DNA of 64,000 bases from contig CAWGMQ010000004.1 of assembly GCA_963823665.1 (NCBI GenBank), forward strand, positions 896,001 through 960,000. Reading direction: 5' to 3'. This stretch comes from an uncultured Planctomycetota bacterium (lineage in GTDB: Bacteria > Planctomycetota > Planctomycetia > Isosphaerales > Isosphaeraceae). Position 1 is the stretch's first letter. Every line of letters starts with the position of its first letter. The notes beneath the pieces are model-generated. The model was given only the letters and a program-made list of their open reading frames with translations. It was not told the origin of the DNA and searched no databases. Below, one piece after another: positions 53,642 through 64,000 of the stretch. The position numbers were made by a program, and so were the translations under genes.

Positions 53642-54870
53642 TCAGGCGAGGTGCTTCTCGGCCTCGCTCAGAAGGTGGGCGAAGTTGAGCCGGCTCGGGC
53701 ACGCCTGCCGGGCCGCCTCGAGATCGGCGCCGGTCCAGTCGCGCGCTTCTTCCGAAAGCTTCGCATACTCGGCTCGGGCATGTTCCCGATCGCCGTAACC
53801 TTGATGATACGTCAGGTACCGCGTGATGTTGCCGAGCTCGGCGTTTGTTCCCGCAGCCACCATGCACCGGCCGTCGCAGTCCGTGCACATCATCGGCCCC
53901 TGGGCCAGAATCGCGTCGCGAAGCTGGTGGATGTCTGCCGTCTTGAGCGGCTCGAACCTCCGCGCCGCGTCGGCATTTTCGCGGAGATGGTCGGTGTTCC
54001 GCATCGAGACGCACGAGGCACTGATTCGCTCGTCCGTCCAGATCGCGTGCAACAGCCCCTGGAATACGGTCAGGTTCCGCTCCGCAAGCGTCGGTACCTT
54101 GCGCTTCACGTCTTCCAGGATATTCCCCTTCGGCTTGTCGCCGAACTGCGCGGTTGCGATCTGCTTCATCGTGATGAGGCCCACGCCCTTCTCCCACGCG
54201 ACGTCGAGCGCCTTGTTGAGCGGCGAATCCTTGTCGAGCCAGGGCGCGTACTGAAGCATGATCGCATCAACCGTCCCCGCCTCGGCAGCCGCCTTGATCA
54301 TCGCAGCTCGGTCCTTGTGATGGGCCGAAAACCCGATGAACCTGGCCTTGCCTGATTTCTTGATCGCGTCGGCTGTTTCCCGGAATTCCTTGCCGGTGAT
54401 GAAGTCGATCGTCTTGTCGAGCTTCCATCCGTCGCCCAGCCCGTGCACGAAGAAGAGATCGATGTAGTCCGTTCCGAGCGCGGCCAGGCGCTCGTCGACC
54501 ATTTTCAACAGGTCTTTGGGCTCTTTGGGCAAGTCTTTGGTGACGAGGAAGATCTGCTTGCGCACTTCGGGAGACTGCTCGAACCAACCCTTGAAAAGCC
54601 GCTCGGTGCCGTAGACCTTGGCCGTGTCGAAAAGGCGAATGCCGTTGGCAAACGCCTGCTTGAGAATGCGGTCCTGCCCTCGCACCGCCCCTTGTTCGAG
54701 GACGGTCACCTCGACACCGGTCTTCCCCAGCTTCCGCGTCATGAGCGGCGCAGCGTCCTTGGCAGGGGCAGGTTCCTGCGCGTGCGCCCGGGCGCAACGC
54801 TAGCCGCGCCGGCCGCCGCCGTTGCGAGCGCTCCGGCCTGGAGAAACGTGCGACGATCGGTCCGATTCAT
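53642..54870 (-). CDS. Aldo/keto reductase with Tat-like signal and C-terminal Cys cluster; frameshift near 54785
   Basis: MNRTDRRTFLQAGALA (different frame), RKLGKTG, FDTAKVY, LVTK, LGTDYIDLFFVH and CTDCDGRC...CP. Confidence 0.87.
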
Positions 54871-55346
54871 TTCGTCGTGGCCCATCTCGATCGACTCCTC
54901 ATCACAAAAGAATGGAACGCCCGTCTCCCCGACCTGGTGCGTTCAGAAGCCATGAAGGAAGCCAGCGAGCGCGAGAGTCCTCACGCGGTCACGGCCCGAA
55001 TTCGCCGAATGAACACTTTAACCATTCCGGCCGCCCGCGGGCAATGGATCGGCCCCGAAACCACTCGGGTTCGGCACCCGAGTTGCGACTGATTCGGTCC
55101 ACGAACAGAGGATCCAGCCGGGTCTTCACCGCGCCCGGTGGTTGACGTCGCCCCCAGTCGTCGGAGATACTCGCCCTGTTCGCAAGGTCACCTGTTTCAG
55201 ATTGGTCGCGCCGAGTTTTTGCTTGAATTGTAGGTTTCGCTTCGAACCTTTTCTCCCATTTCGTCGATCTGAGGATGTTCGAAACACTTCATTATCGGCG
55301 GTCCGGGGGGCAAATTGGAGAGTCAGTCGACTCAAGGAGCTCCAGA

Positions 55347-55709
55347 ATGAAACCGGCTTACAAGACGCTGGCAACCGCGGGCGCAGTCGCGATTGCGTGC
55401 ATGGCATTTAGTACTTCGTCAGCACACGCCCAGGCATTCTCTTTCGGCTATTCAGGGCCGGGAGTATCCGTGGGAGTAAACACGGGCAACTATGGCTACT
55501 TCGGCGGTGGCGGCTATTATGGAGGCGGCTACTACGGCGGATACCCGGTTCTCGCGCCGCGGGCATTCGTCGCCGGTCCGGTCGCACCGGTTTACGTGCG
55601 GCCGCCGGTTTTCCTCGGCGGGCCGGCCGTCCTTCCGCGGCCCTACGTCGTCGCCAGGCCCTACGGCCGGTATCGGCCTTACCCTGGTTACTATCGGCGT
55701 GGCTGGTAG
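55347..55709 (+). CDS. Small secreted Gly/Tyr/Pro-rich protein
   Basis: AAGGAG RBS, signal peptide ending AHA-Q, low-complexity GGYY/PVY mature region. Confidence 0.75.
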   Translation: MKPAYKTLATAGAVAIACMAFSTSSAHAQAFSFGYSGPGVSVGVNTGNYGYFGGGGYYGGGYYGGYPVLAPRAFVAGPVAPVYVRPPVFLGGPAVLPRPYVVARPYGRYRPYPGYYRRGW

Positions 55710-55797
55710 TGAATGACCTGGCCGCGTTCGTGGTCCGTCGTCGGTGGCCGCGTGGATTCAGTCGGCACAACCCGCTCTGACGACGGACCAGGGACCC

Positions 55798-57189
55798 ATG
55801 GCACTCCTCTCACTGCTCCTCTGGACGGCGTTCGCACCCGACGTTTCTCCCTCCGAGCTTCGCGCGGGCGCCGCGGCGGTTGCGATCACCCCGCCGGCCG
55901 GCATCCCGATGGCCGGCTACTACTCCGAACGCGGAGCCCAGGGGATCCACGACGATCTCTTCGCCAAAGCGATCGTCATCGAGCAGGGCGGCACGAAGGC
56001 CGCGCTTGTCGCACTCGACCTGATCGCCGCGCCGCGCGATCTCGTTGAAGATGCGCGCGCCGCGATCGAACGCACCTGCCATGTGCCCGGCGCCCACGTG
56101 ATGATCAGCGCCACCCATTCGCACACGGGGCCGATCGTCGATACGAAGAATCGCTTCGGCGGACAGTCCGATCTTGTAAAAAGCTACCGCGCCTCGCTTC
56201 CCTCGAGGATCGCCGAGGCCGTGCGTCGGGCCGAATCACGCCTGACCGCAGTGACGCTCTCGGCCGCGCGCGGCCAGGAGTCGTCGATCGCATTCAATCG
56301 ACGCTTCCACATGAAGGATGGAACAGTCGGCTGGAACCCGGGAAAGGGAAACCCGAAGATCATCAAGCCCGCCGGCACGATCGATCCCGACGTACCGGTG
56401 CTCTACTTCGAAACGGCCGAGAAGAAACCCGTTGCCACCTACGTCAACTATGCGGTTCATCTCGACAACATCGGCGAGCCCTTGATCTCGGCCGACATGC
56501 CGGCAACCTTGAGCCGCTGCCTGGCCGACTTCAAAGGCCCGGAGATGGTGACGCTATTCACGGCCGGCTGTTGCGGCGATGTCAACCACGTCGACGTCCA
56601 CTGGAACGCGCCACAGCGCGGCTTCGCCAACCCCGCGCGGATGGGAATCATCCTGGCGGGCGAGGTTCTGCGCACCTGGCCGCGCCTGGCGCCGATCGCT
56701 CCCGCCCCTCTGCGCGTCAAGACCGAAAAGGTCACCCTGCCGCTCACGAAGCTCGAGAACGGCGACCTCGAGAAGGCGCAAGCCACGGTCGCGCGCATGA
56801 GCGGCGAGGCTTCGAAGAAACCTGCGTTCATGGAGATGGTGCAGGCGTTCAAGGTGCTCGACGTGGCTGAGCGAAACGGCAAGCCGCACGAAGTCGAGGT
56901 TCAGGTGATCGCCCTGGGAAAAGACGTCGCCTGGGTCTCGCTCCCCGGCGAGGTCTTCACCGAGCTGGGCCTGGCCATCAAGCAAGACTCTCCGTTCCCC
57001 ACAACCATCATCGCCGAGCTGGCCAACGGCCTGCTCGGCTACATCCCATCCCGTCGCGCCTACGCCCAGGGCAATTATGAAGTCGTGAGCGCCCGTTGCG
57101 GCCCAGGGTCCGGCGAGCTGCTGGTCGACGCAGCCGTCAAGATGCTGCACGATCTGCACGCATCGTCGACCGCCGCCGCGCAAAAGTAA
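55798..57189 (+). CDS. Neutral/alkaline ceramidase-like hydrolase
   Basis: ITPPAGIPMAGY, HDDLFAKA, ISATHSHTGP, FNRR, NYAVH, GCCGDVN, LPGEVF and GYIP. Confidence 0.85.
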   Translation: MALLSLLLWTAFAPDVSPSELRAGAAAVAITPPAGIPMAGYYSERGAQGIHDDLFAKAIVIEQGGTKAALVALDLIAAPRDLVEDARAAIERTCHVPGAHVMISATHSHTGPIVDTKNRFGGQSDLVKSYRASLPSRIAEAVRRAESRLTAVTLSAARGQESSIAFNRRFHMKDGTVGWNPGKGNPKIIKPAGTIDPDVPVLYFETAEKKPVATYVNYAVHLDNIGEPLISADMPATLSRCLADFKGPEMVTLFTAGCCGDVNHVDVHWNAPQRGFANPARMGIILAGEVLRTWPRLAPIAPAPLRVKTEKVTLPLTKLENGDLEKAQATVARMSGEASKKPAFMEMVQAFKVLDVAERNGKPHEVEVQVIALGKDVAWVSLPGEVFTELGLAIKQDSPFPTTIIAELANGLLGYIPSRRAYAQGNYEVVSARCGPGSGELLVDAAVKMLHDLHASSTAAAQK

Positions 57190-57203
57190 CGCCTCATGGT
57201 CGC

Positions 57204-57266
57204 CTTTCGCTCCGCGAAAGTGCGTCTGTCGGCCGCACCCATTGTCGTCCTTCGCTCCGCGAAGGA
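57204..57266. repeat. Pair of REP-like hairpins CTT(T)CGC-TCC-GCG(A)AAG
   Basis: CTTTCGC-TCC-GCGAAAG (57204-57220) and TCCTTCGC-TCC-GCGAAGGA (57248-57266) just after the stop codon. Confidence 0.75.
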
Positions 57267-57358
57267 AAATCTCTCAATTGAGCATTCGTCCGCCGAAGAT
57301 CACCACCGCCGCGACACAATGCCCTCACGCACCGTGATAGATATGTAGGATTAACGCC

Positions 57359-60049
57359 ATGTTCACCATCGTCCCCGGCCTGTTTGCCGTCGCCCTCCTG
57401 GCTCAACCCTCAGACTCGATCGCCTTGTCAGGCACCGTGGTCGATGCTGCGAGAAAACCGGTTCCCGACGCGGAGGTCTTGTTCGCGGCACGATTTCCCG
57501 CGGATGGATCATTCCCCACACTGGCACGAACGATGTCCGACGCTCAAGGCGCATTCCGCCTCGACGTCCCCCGGCAGCGATTGAAGGGAATCGGAAGAAT
57601 TCAGTTCATCTGGGCCTACCGCCCCGGCCGAGCCGTCGGCGTCCAGCCGGTCAACGTGTCGGGCAACGGCGCATCGCCGCCGGTGCAGGTCACTCTGGCT
57701 GAGCCGTTGAAACGGACCGTATCCATCCTCGATTCCGACGGCCATCCGGTCGCGGGAGCTCGTGTTGCGCCGGTCCTTCACACTACAGGCGAGCGCACGG
57801 TGTCGTTCACCACACCTGACGATCGTCTCGAGAGCATGATGGTCATGACCGACGCGAACGGTGTGGCCACGCTTCCCTATCTCCCCGTCACGATCGATCC
57901 GCTCACAATACAGGTGAAGGTACCCGGATTCGTCCCGCACAACCTACCAGTTCCCTATCGTCCGGGCAGCGATCGGTACGAGTTGACTCTCGGGCGGCCG
58001 GCGGGACTGGCCGGTTCCGTCTCCTTTGACTCGGGGCAACCGGCAGCAAATGTCGCGGTCGAGGTCTGGGTGCAAAATCGGTACTGGCTACCGATGGCCC
58101 CGTCCGATCGTCTGGTAATCGGTATGCCAAGTCCCATCCACTTCGCGTCCGGGCCGGTTCGTACGCGGGCCGATGGCTCGTTCGAAACGCCCCAGCAGCT
58201 CATGACGGGCTCAGACTACCGGACCATCATCAGGCCCGATGGTGAGCCTTTCGTCGCTTCTGAATGGTTCACGGCAAAAAGCGACCTGACGATCGTTAAA
58301 CCGCTGCGCCTGCGGCTGCGCCGCAAACTGGCCGGGGTCGTCCAGGACCGCCAGGGCGCCCCGGTCGCCGGTGCGCGAGTGTTTCTCCCCTCAGGCGAAC
58401 CCGTGACCACGACCGATGCTCAAGGCCGCTTCCTGCTGCACGGAGTACTTCCCGAGAAGACCTACGTCTTGGCGGAGGCCGAGGGCTTCCGATTCCACGG
58501 CTGGCCGGCGGTCCCGAGCAGACAGCCGGAGGAGCGAAAGCTCGTGCTCGCACGAACGACTGAGCCCCCCGACCGCGCGATGCTGCCCCAACCGCCGCCA
58601 ATTTCGCCCGAGGAAGCACGAGCGCTCGCCCGGCGCGCGCTCGAGCCTTTGTTGCAAGCCGCCCTCGAGAAGGGCAACGACACTTCTCGTTTGAATTGCC
58701 TCCAGCTCCTGAGCCAGTTCGATCCCGCCCGCGCCCTCGCGTTGCTCGAGACCCATCATTTGCTGAATCCCGATGTCGAAGCCAGCCTCCGATACAGGAT
58801 CGCCGCCGAGCTGCTCGCAGTCGATCCCGTGGAAGCCGAATCGATCGTTGCCGCGATCGCGAACCCGCGCGTGCGAGTTCTAGGCTACGTGTGGCTGGCC
58901 GAGGCCTTCCCGGCCGCGGATCGAGACCGGAAGCTCAAGCTCATGGAGCAGGCGAGCGCTCGAGCACGCGCGCCCGCGGCTGCCGGGCAGGGCATCGACA
59001 TTCAGAGCCGCCTCTCGGAGCTGGCGCGAGTCGCCGGCGGCTGGCTCGAGCTGGGTCAGGCCGACAAGGCCCGTCCATTCATCCTCGAAGGATTGAAAAT
59101 CTGCGACGCGCTCCCGCCACGTGAGCGTTTTCAGCCAAATTTTTTGTCGACCGCAGCGCGGCTCGAGCTAGATCGCGTGTTGTCCCTGCTCCGCGATCAG
59201 AGCAGCGCCAGGCGTCGACATTGCTACGCCCCGATCACGGAAGCGCTCGCGACCGAGCATCCGGCCGAAGCGGAACGCATCTTTCAGCTCGTCGACGATT
59301 CGGTTGAGGTGGACGCTCTCCAACGTAAGGATCAACTCACCCTGCGCCTTTGTGGGCTCATGGCAAAGTCCGATCCGGAACGAGCACGACGGCTCATCGC
59401 CGGCCTGAAAACCCCAAGCGAGCAAGCCTGCGCGTGGGCTCTGCTGGCGTTCGGTCTGGCAGACCGGGATCAGCCTGCCGCACGCCGAGCGCTCGCCGAG
59501 TCGCTCAATCTGATCGATCGTCTGGACAGTCCGCGCCACGACCCCCCGGGACAGCGATTCCGCCAGATTGCGGTTGCCGTCAATCCCGCCGCGTCGATTC
59601 TTCCCATTGTGGAAAAAGTGGCTCCGGAGCGCCTCGAAGAGGTCTTCTGGAAGGCCGTCGCGTTGATGCCGAATGACGACATCGCCCGCGAGCGAGGCGC
59701 TGCTGACCCTCGGGTCGCGATCGCGGCGGTCTTCCTCGCTCGATACGACCGCGGAGTGGCCGACGTGTTCCTCACGCAGACAATGCCGTCGACGTCAAGC
59801 CGCCCGTTGGGAGTCGTTTCCAACGTCGCCACGATCATGCGAGCCAAGGCAGCCGCCAACCCACGCGGCGCTCTGGCCATGCTCGAATCGCTCCCTGCCG
59901 TCGATCCCAATCAGCCTGTCGCAGCAGCTCAAATGATCGATCAAGCCCGCGATTCCCTGATCACCTGCCTGGTCGAGCCGTTCGACGAACACTGGAAGCG
60001 CGTTTGGTATCTCGCGGGAATCCCACGCGATCGGAGCCGTAATCCGTGA
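57359..60049 (+). CDS. Secreted protein with repeated carboxypeptidase-regulatory-like domains and a helical C-terminal region
   Basis: Repeats of G.V.D..G.PV.GA.V...TD..G.F; Ala/Leu-rich helical C-terminal half. Confidence 0.8.
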   Translation: MFTIVPGLFAVALLAQPSDSIALSGTVVDAARKPVPDAEVLFAARFPADGSFPTLARTMSDAQGAFRLDVPRQRLKGIGRIQFIWAYRPGRAVGVQPVNVSGNGASPPVQVTLAEPLKRTVSILDSDGHPVAGARVAPVLHTTGERTVSFTTPDDRLESMMVMTDANGVATLPYLPVTIDPLTIQVKVPGFVPHNLPVPYRPGSDRYELTLGRPAGLAGSVSFDSGQPAANVAVEVWVQNRYWLPMAPSDRLVIGMPSPIHFASGPVRTRADGSFETPQQLMTGSDYRTIIRPDGEPFVASEWFTAKSDLTIVKPLRLRLRRKLAGVVQDRQGAPVAGARVFLPSGEPVTTTDAQGRFLLHGVLPEKTYVLAEAEGFRFHGWPAVPSRQPEERKLVLARTTEPPDRAMLPQPPPISPEEARALARRALEPLLQAALEKGNDTSRLNCLQLLSQFDPARALALLETHHLLNPDVEASLRYRIAAELLAVDPVEAESIVAAIANPRVRVLGYVWLAEAFPAADRDRKLKLMEQASARARAPAAAGQGIDIQSRLSELARVAGGWLELGQADKARPFILEGLKICDALPPRERFQPNFLSTAARLELDRVLSLLRDQSSARRRHCYAPITEALATEHPAEAERIFQLVDDSVEVDALQRKDQLTLRLCGLMAKSDPERARRLIAGLKTPSEQACAWALLAFGLADRDQPAARRALAESLNLIDRLDSPRHDPPGQRFRQIAVAVNPAASILPIVEKVAPERLEEVFWKAVALMPNDDIARERGAADPRVAIAAVFLARYDRGVADVFLTQTMPSTSSRPLGVVSNVATIMRAKAAANPRGALAMLESLPAVDPNQPVAAAQMIDQARDSLITCLVEPFDEHWKRVWYLAGIPRDRSRNP

Positions 60050-60291
60050 AAGCGCGCAAAGCGAGAGACCAGCGTTTTTTGCATGGAAAGAGTTGCTCAA
60101 CGAACGATTCTGTGACAGAGTAGATGGGCGGCTGATTCGCGGCGCGGCTTTTGGCCGAATTGGTGGTTCAGTGGCGACCAGTTCATCGAGCCCCCCGATG
60201 GGGTGTTCTCCGAGCGGCGCCCAAAACAAAAGCTTCACCTCAGGCCTCCGAACTGCGGTGGGGCGCTGCCTTGCGGACGGAGACAGAACTG

Positions 60292-61611
60292 GTGAGCGCA
60301 GTCGACTTGACCCCGACGGATATTGCCAAAGAAGACTGTCGCCGCGGTGCGGAACGCCTTGCCCGGGGTGAAGTCGCTGCGGCTCGCAGTGATTTCGACC
60401 GTGCGATCGCAGCCGCGCCCATATTCCCCGAAGCGTACAACAATCGCGGAAAGAGCCGCCGGATACTTGGGGATTTCAAAGGCTCGATGGCCGATTTCAA
60501 TCGCGCACTCGAGATCGCCCCTCATTACGCGGAAGCGTACAACAATCGCGGAGTGAGCCGGCGGATACTTGGGGATTTCAAAGGCTCGATGGCCGATTTC
60601 AATCGCGCACTCGAGATCGCCCCGCGTTACGCCCAGGCCTACAGCAACCGCGGATCGCTGCGGCACGCCCTGGGGGACTTCGCCGGGGCGAGCGCCGACT
60701 GCGATCTGGCCATCGAGATCGATCCTGATAACGCCCAGTCGTATAACAATCGCGGGGCAGTGCGGCACGCGCGTGGCGACCTCACCGGGGCCGTCGCCGA
60801 TTTCGATCGCGCCCTTACGCTCATGCCGCGCTATGCGTCTGCATTTTGCAACCGCGGTGTCTCGCGGCATGCTCTGGGCGATTTCATGCGTGCCGTCGCC
60901 GATTTCGATAACGCCATCGTATTCTCGCCGCGGCAGGATCTGGCTCCGATACACTTCAATCGCGCCAAAACGCGCTACGCGCTCGGAAATCTCGCAGAAT
61001 CCGTGGCCGATTTTGATCAGGCGCTTTTGATCAAGCCCGATTGGACCGCGGGCTACACCGGGCGCGGACGGGCACGGTATGAGCTGGGGGACTATGACGG
61101 TGCCGTCGCCGACTTTGGTGCGGCTCTTCGGCTCACGCCGCCTCGCGCGAGCGCCCACATTTATCACAGCCGCGGTGGGGCGCGGCACGCCGCGGGCGAC
61201 TTTGACGGCGAGATCGCCGATTATAATCGGGCCCTCGAAATCGATCCCAAGATGTGCGTGGCCTACGTCTCCCGCGGCCACGCACGATTCCATCGGCGCG
61301 ACCCCCTGGCCGGGACCGATTACGTCAAGGCATTCTCGCTCGACTCGAAACTGGCCGCATCGGAAATCATCCGCGTCGTGTCGGCCGATTTCAAGCGCGA
61401 CCCCGCCGCCGTGCTGGAAAACTGCCGCAAACACATTCGCATTTCCCCAAAGGACTTCCTCGCTTATGGCCGGCGCGGACTGACTCGGCTGCTCCAGGGC
61501 GACGATTCCGCGGCTGAGCAAGACTTCAAGGAGTGGCTCAGGCTGGCCCCGCATTGGCGGGACATCATCCCGCTCTTGATCGACGAGGCAATGCGACAGC
61601 GAGTCGTGTAG
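60292..61611 (+). CDS. Tetratricopeptide repeat protein (ORF open from 60151)
   Basis: Many 34-aa AYNNRG...LGD..GA.ADF.RAL.I.P repeats; GGAG before GTG 60292. Confidence 0.92.
   Translation: MSAVDLTPTDIAKEDCRRGAERLARGEVAAARSDFDRAIAAAPIFPEAYNNRGKSRRILGDFKGSMADFNRALEIAPHYAEAYNNRGVSRRILGDFKGSMADFNRALEIAPRYAQAYSNRGSLRHALGDFAGASADCDLAIEIDPDNAQSYNNRGAVRHARGDLTGAVADFDRALTLMPRYASAFCNRGVSRHALGDFMRAVADFDNAIVFSPRQDLAPIHFNRAKTRYALGNLAESVADFDQALLIKPDWTAGYTGRGRARYELGDYDGAVADFGAALRLTPPRASAHIYHSRGGARHAAGDFDGEIADYNRALEIDPKMCVAYVSRGHARFHRRDPLAGTDYVKAFSLDSKLAASEIIRVVSADFKRDPAAVLENCRKHIRISPKDFLAYGRRGLTRLLQGDDSAAEQDFKEWLRLAPHWRDIIPLLIDEAMRQRVV
60430..60633 (+). repeat. 102-bp tandem duplication of one TPR unit
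   Basis: 60430-60531 versus 60532-60633 differ at only 6 positions by manual comparison. Confidence 0.9.
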
Positions 61612-61633
61612 CCGCGAGCTCCACGGCCCGGAT

Positions 61634-62026
61634 TCACGCTCGTCGTGTGCGAATGAGCAAGTACCCCAGACAACCTCCCAGCGAATTGAGAATCAGGTCA
61701 TCCACGTCCGGCGTCCGCTGGCCGGAGTACAGTTGTCCCCCCTCGATGACCAAGCTCAAGCCAAGGCTAAGAACAAGAACATGCCAGAGCTTCACTCGCC
61801 GCTCGAAGATGAACGGTGGCAGCAACCCCATCGGTACGAATGCGACGATGTTGCCCACGAAATTGATGACGAACGGCCACCCTCCAACGTTCCAGTCGCG
61901 AATGATCGAGCGGAATGGGACGAGGTTCGCCTCGGGGTGCGCCCCTGGAAACTGGAACAACGCGATATCGAGCAGAAAGATCAGATAGGCAGTCAGAACG
62001 AATGCCAGGATTCTGCGGCGCCACAT
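61634..62026 (-). CDS. VanZ family membrane protein
   Basis: NLVPFRSI, GNIVAFVPMG, SLVIEGGQ and DVDDLILNSLGG. Confidence 0.9.
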   Translation of the reverse strand: MWRRRILAFVLTAYLIFLLDIALFQFPGAHPEANLVPFRSIIRDWNVGGWPFVINFVGNIVAFVPMGLLPPFIFERRVKLWHVLVLSLGLSLVIEGGQLYSGQRTPDVDDLILNSLGGCLGYLLIRTRRA

Positions 62027-62053
62027 GCTTCTTCCTTTTGCGAGGCGATCAGC

Positions 62054-64000
62054 TCACGCGCCATCGATCTGCCGCACGATCGTCGGATCCCTTATCTTCG
62101 TGTCGTCGGCCAGGAGCAGAGCTTTGCTCAAAATGATCGAAAGCGTGTTATCACCCTCAAAGGGCAGGAACAGGTCCTCTTGCCTTGTTCTCGATCGAGA
62201 GTCGGGAACAATGCAAAGGTACTGGTCGTTGGGCTCCATCAGAATATTGCCCGAGCCGAGGTGGATCTTGTACGTGCGCTTCCGGCCGCGCACCACCAGG
62301 AAGCGCTCGCTGAACGAGCAGCGGTCAGCAATCTTGAGGCGAGGAATCAGCCGCTCCAGAGCCTGCTTTCGCGTGACGGCCGTGCCCGAAAGCTGGCCGA
62401 AGGAATACGCTTGCCAGTAATTCTGAAAGAGCCCTTCCGGGCCGCCGTCCTGCCAAGTCGGGTCATTGCCCACCGACGCGACTCCGACGAACAGGTCGAC
62501 GTCGCGCATGATCTCCGAGAACACCAGAGCCGGGATCTGCTCAAGCGGCACGGGTTCATTGATGTCGCCAGCTCCCGGTCCGCCGGCGCGGCTGCCGTAT
62601 CCACCACCGGCGGCGTGGGCCGCGTGTTGCGCCGCTTCGAGTCGATGGAAACGCACCTGATCCGTCGCCAGCCTCAAGAAAACACCGGAATCATTCGTGT
62701 CCGAACCGTAATCCTGGCCGATTCCCTCGACCCAGAACTCGGCGCGAAGCCCCCATTGCGGCAGCACCTTGAACGCCGGCGGGAAATCGGCATCGACCAT
62801 CAAACGCAGCTTGTTCTTCCAGCCTCGTGCTGCGCACAGAGCGTTGAACTGGTGCTGTCTGATGATGTGGGCGGCGAAGCGATTCGAGTAAGTGCGGGTG
62901 TTGCGCTCGGCGTCGGTCAACAGATAGATTTCACGATGGGCCTGCTTGAACGGTTGGGTGATTTCCAGTTCCTCGAGCCTACGTCGCCACGCGACGACTT
63001 CGTTAACGCCACGTCCAACCGGATGCCAGAGCGTGATCTCCGCGGTCTGTCCATGTTCGATTGGAGCGCCCTGCGCGTCGGTGGCTCGCCCATCCACGAA
63101 TAGCGCTGCTGTTCCATCGACGAACCAGATCAGTCGCCGCGCGATCGTGCCGATCAGCGGGTGGTCCAGATATCGCTCGCGCCACTGCCCGAGCGGCCAC
63201 GTTTTCTGCATCAGAAACATCGAGTCGATCCGGTCGCGCTGGGCGGGCAGCATCGCCTGGATGTCTTTGAGCGCCTGTTGCAGCTCGCTCCATTCCTCTT
63301 TGTGATCGCTCTTGACCTTCGCCGGCACGGACTTGAGCGGCTTGTCCTTCGTGTCGAACCACTTCAAGTCCGCGTCGGATCCGGTGACGATCAGTTCCGC
63401 GCGGTAACCGTCAAACACCTGGTGTCGCAGGCCGACCTCCTCGAGGCCGTACGACGGCACGCCCATTTCCTCGATCTGGTCACGCGGCAACCCGAGCGCC
63501 AAGGGCCGCGGCGGTGAACGCCTTCTCGATTTCCTTCTGTGCGGTTCCGAACCGGACGCGCACATTCAGCATGGCGAGCTGCCCGACGGCATCGACCGAA
63601 GACATCTCGGAAAGCGCATAGACGGCCGCGTTGCCCACCTTGACGGCGCACGGGCCGACACCCGGCACTTTCTTGTAAGCCGAGAGTGCCACCGATGTGA
63701 TCAGCCGCGCCAGCTCTTCATGCCGAGGCAATGTCTGCACCAGCCACAACAATCCTCGCAAGCACGTGGCGTTTTCTTCGTTCATCACGTCGGCGCCGCT
63801 GCGCGTATCGCCGGGATAAGAGCTCAGCTTTCGGATCGACTGGCCCCGCGCCACCAGGGGCAGCCACCGCAGGACTGCCTGCCGGACATTATCGGCGCCA
63901 ATCGCTTCCACAAGCTTGCGGGAAGCTGCCAGCCATTTGGCCGACGGCCTTGTTGCGGTCGCGGTCAGCGAGTGTCGCAGGAGCGCTGCCCACTTTGTTC
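62054..64000 (-). CDS. DUF4132 domain-containing protein (5' end outside the window); frameshift near 63503
   Basis: KPLKSVPAKVK, RYLDHPLI..IARRLIW, LWHP, QPFKQAHREIY, SNRFA and FSEIMRDVDLFV. Confidence 0.88.

Noticed and set aside
60430..60633. Possible DGR template/variable repeat pair
   Set aside because: Only half of the mismatches involve adenines, the copies are in-frame tandem TPR units, and no reverse transcriptase is present.
14480..63510. Programmed ribosomal frameshifting at the split genes
   Set aside because: No slippery heptamers noticed at the junctions; both +1 and -1 shifts occur in unrelated gene families.

Overview
High-GC window with the hallmarks of a planctomycete (Isosphaeraceae/Singulisphaera-like, inferred): a DRNLLFGLLALQNG-type Ser/Thr kinase, an LEPR-XLL-like secreted protein, heme-binding/DUF6797 fusions, a sulfatase and several intergenic palindromic repeat families. 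Most of it is an ordinary mix of secreted hydrolases (S9 and M16 peptidases, amidase, amidohydrolases, sulfatase, beta-lactamase-like serine hydrolase) and a few housekeeping genes (arfB). The accessory and conflict content is: (i) an intact IS4-family element with terminal inverted repeats and an 11-bp target duplication (3489-5016); (ii) directly beside it, an unnamed two-gene operon encoding an EACC1-like small protein and a HExxH metallopeptidase (5239-6734); (iii) a DUF433/DUF5615 toxin-antitoxin pair; (iv) a Shango-type anti-phage locus (TerB protein, ATPase, helicase; 18807-25537) whose TerB protein has a tandemly duplicated N-terminal domain; (v) a SWIM-SNF2 pair; and (vi) an ABC-type ATPase (DUF3696-like) plus PIN-like nuclease operon whose ATPase carries an in-frame TAA. 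A candidate structured RNA with two GNRA-capped hairpins lies at about 27635-27760. About 14 single-base frameshifts in 9 genes suggest residual long-read assembly errors, so split genes are reported as single CDSs. No rRNA, tRNA or CRISPR array was recognised. All family assignments come from motif recognition, not database searches.
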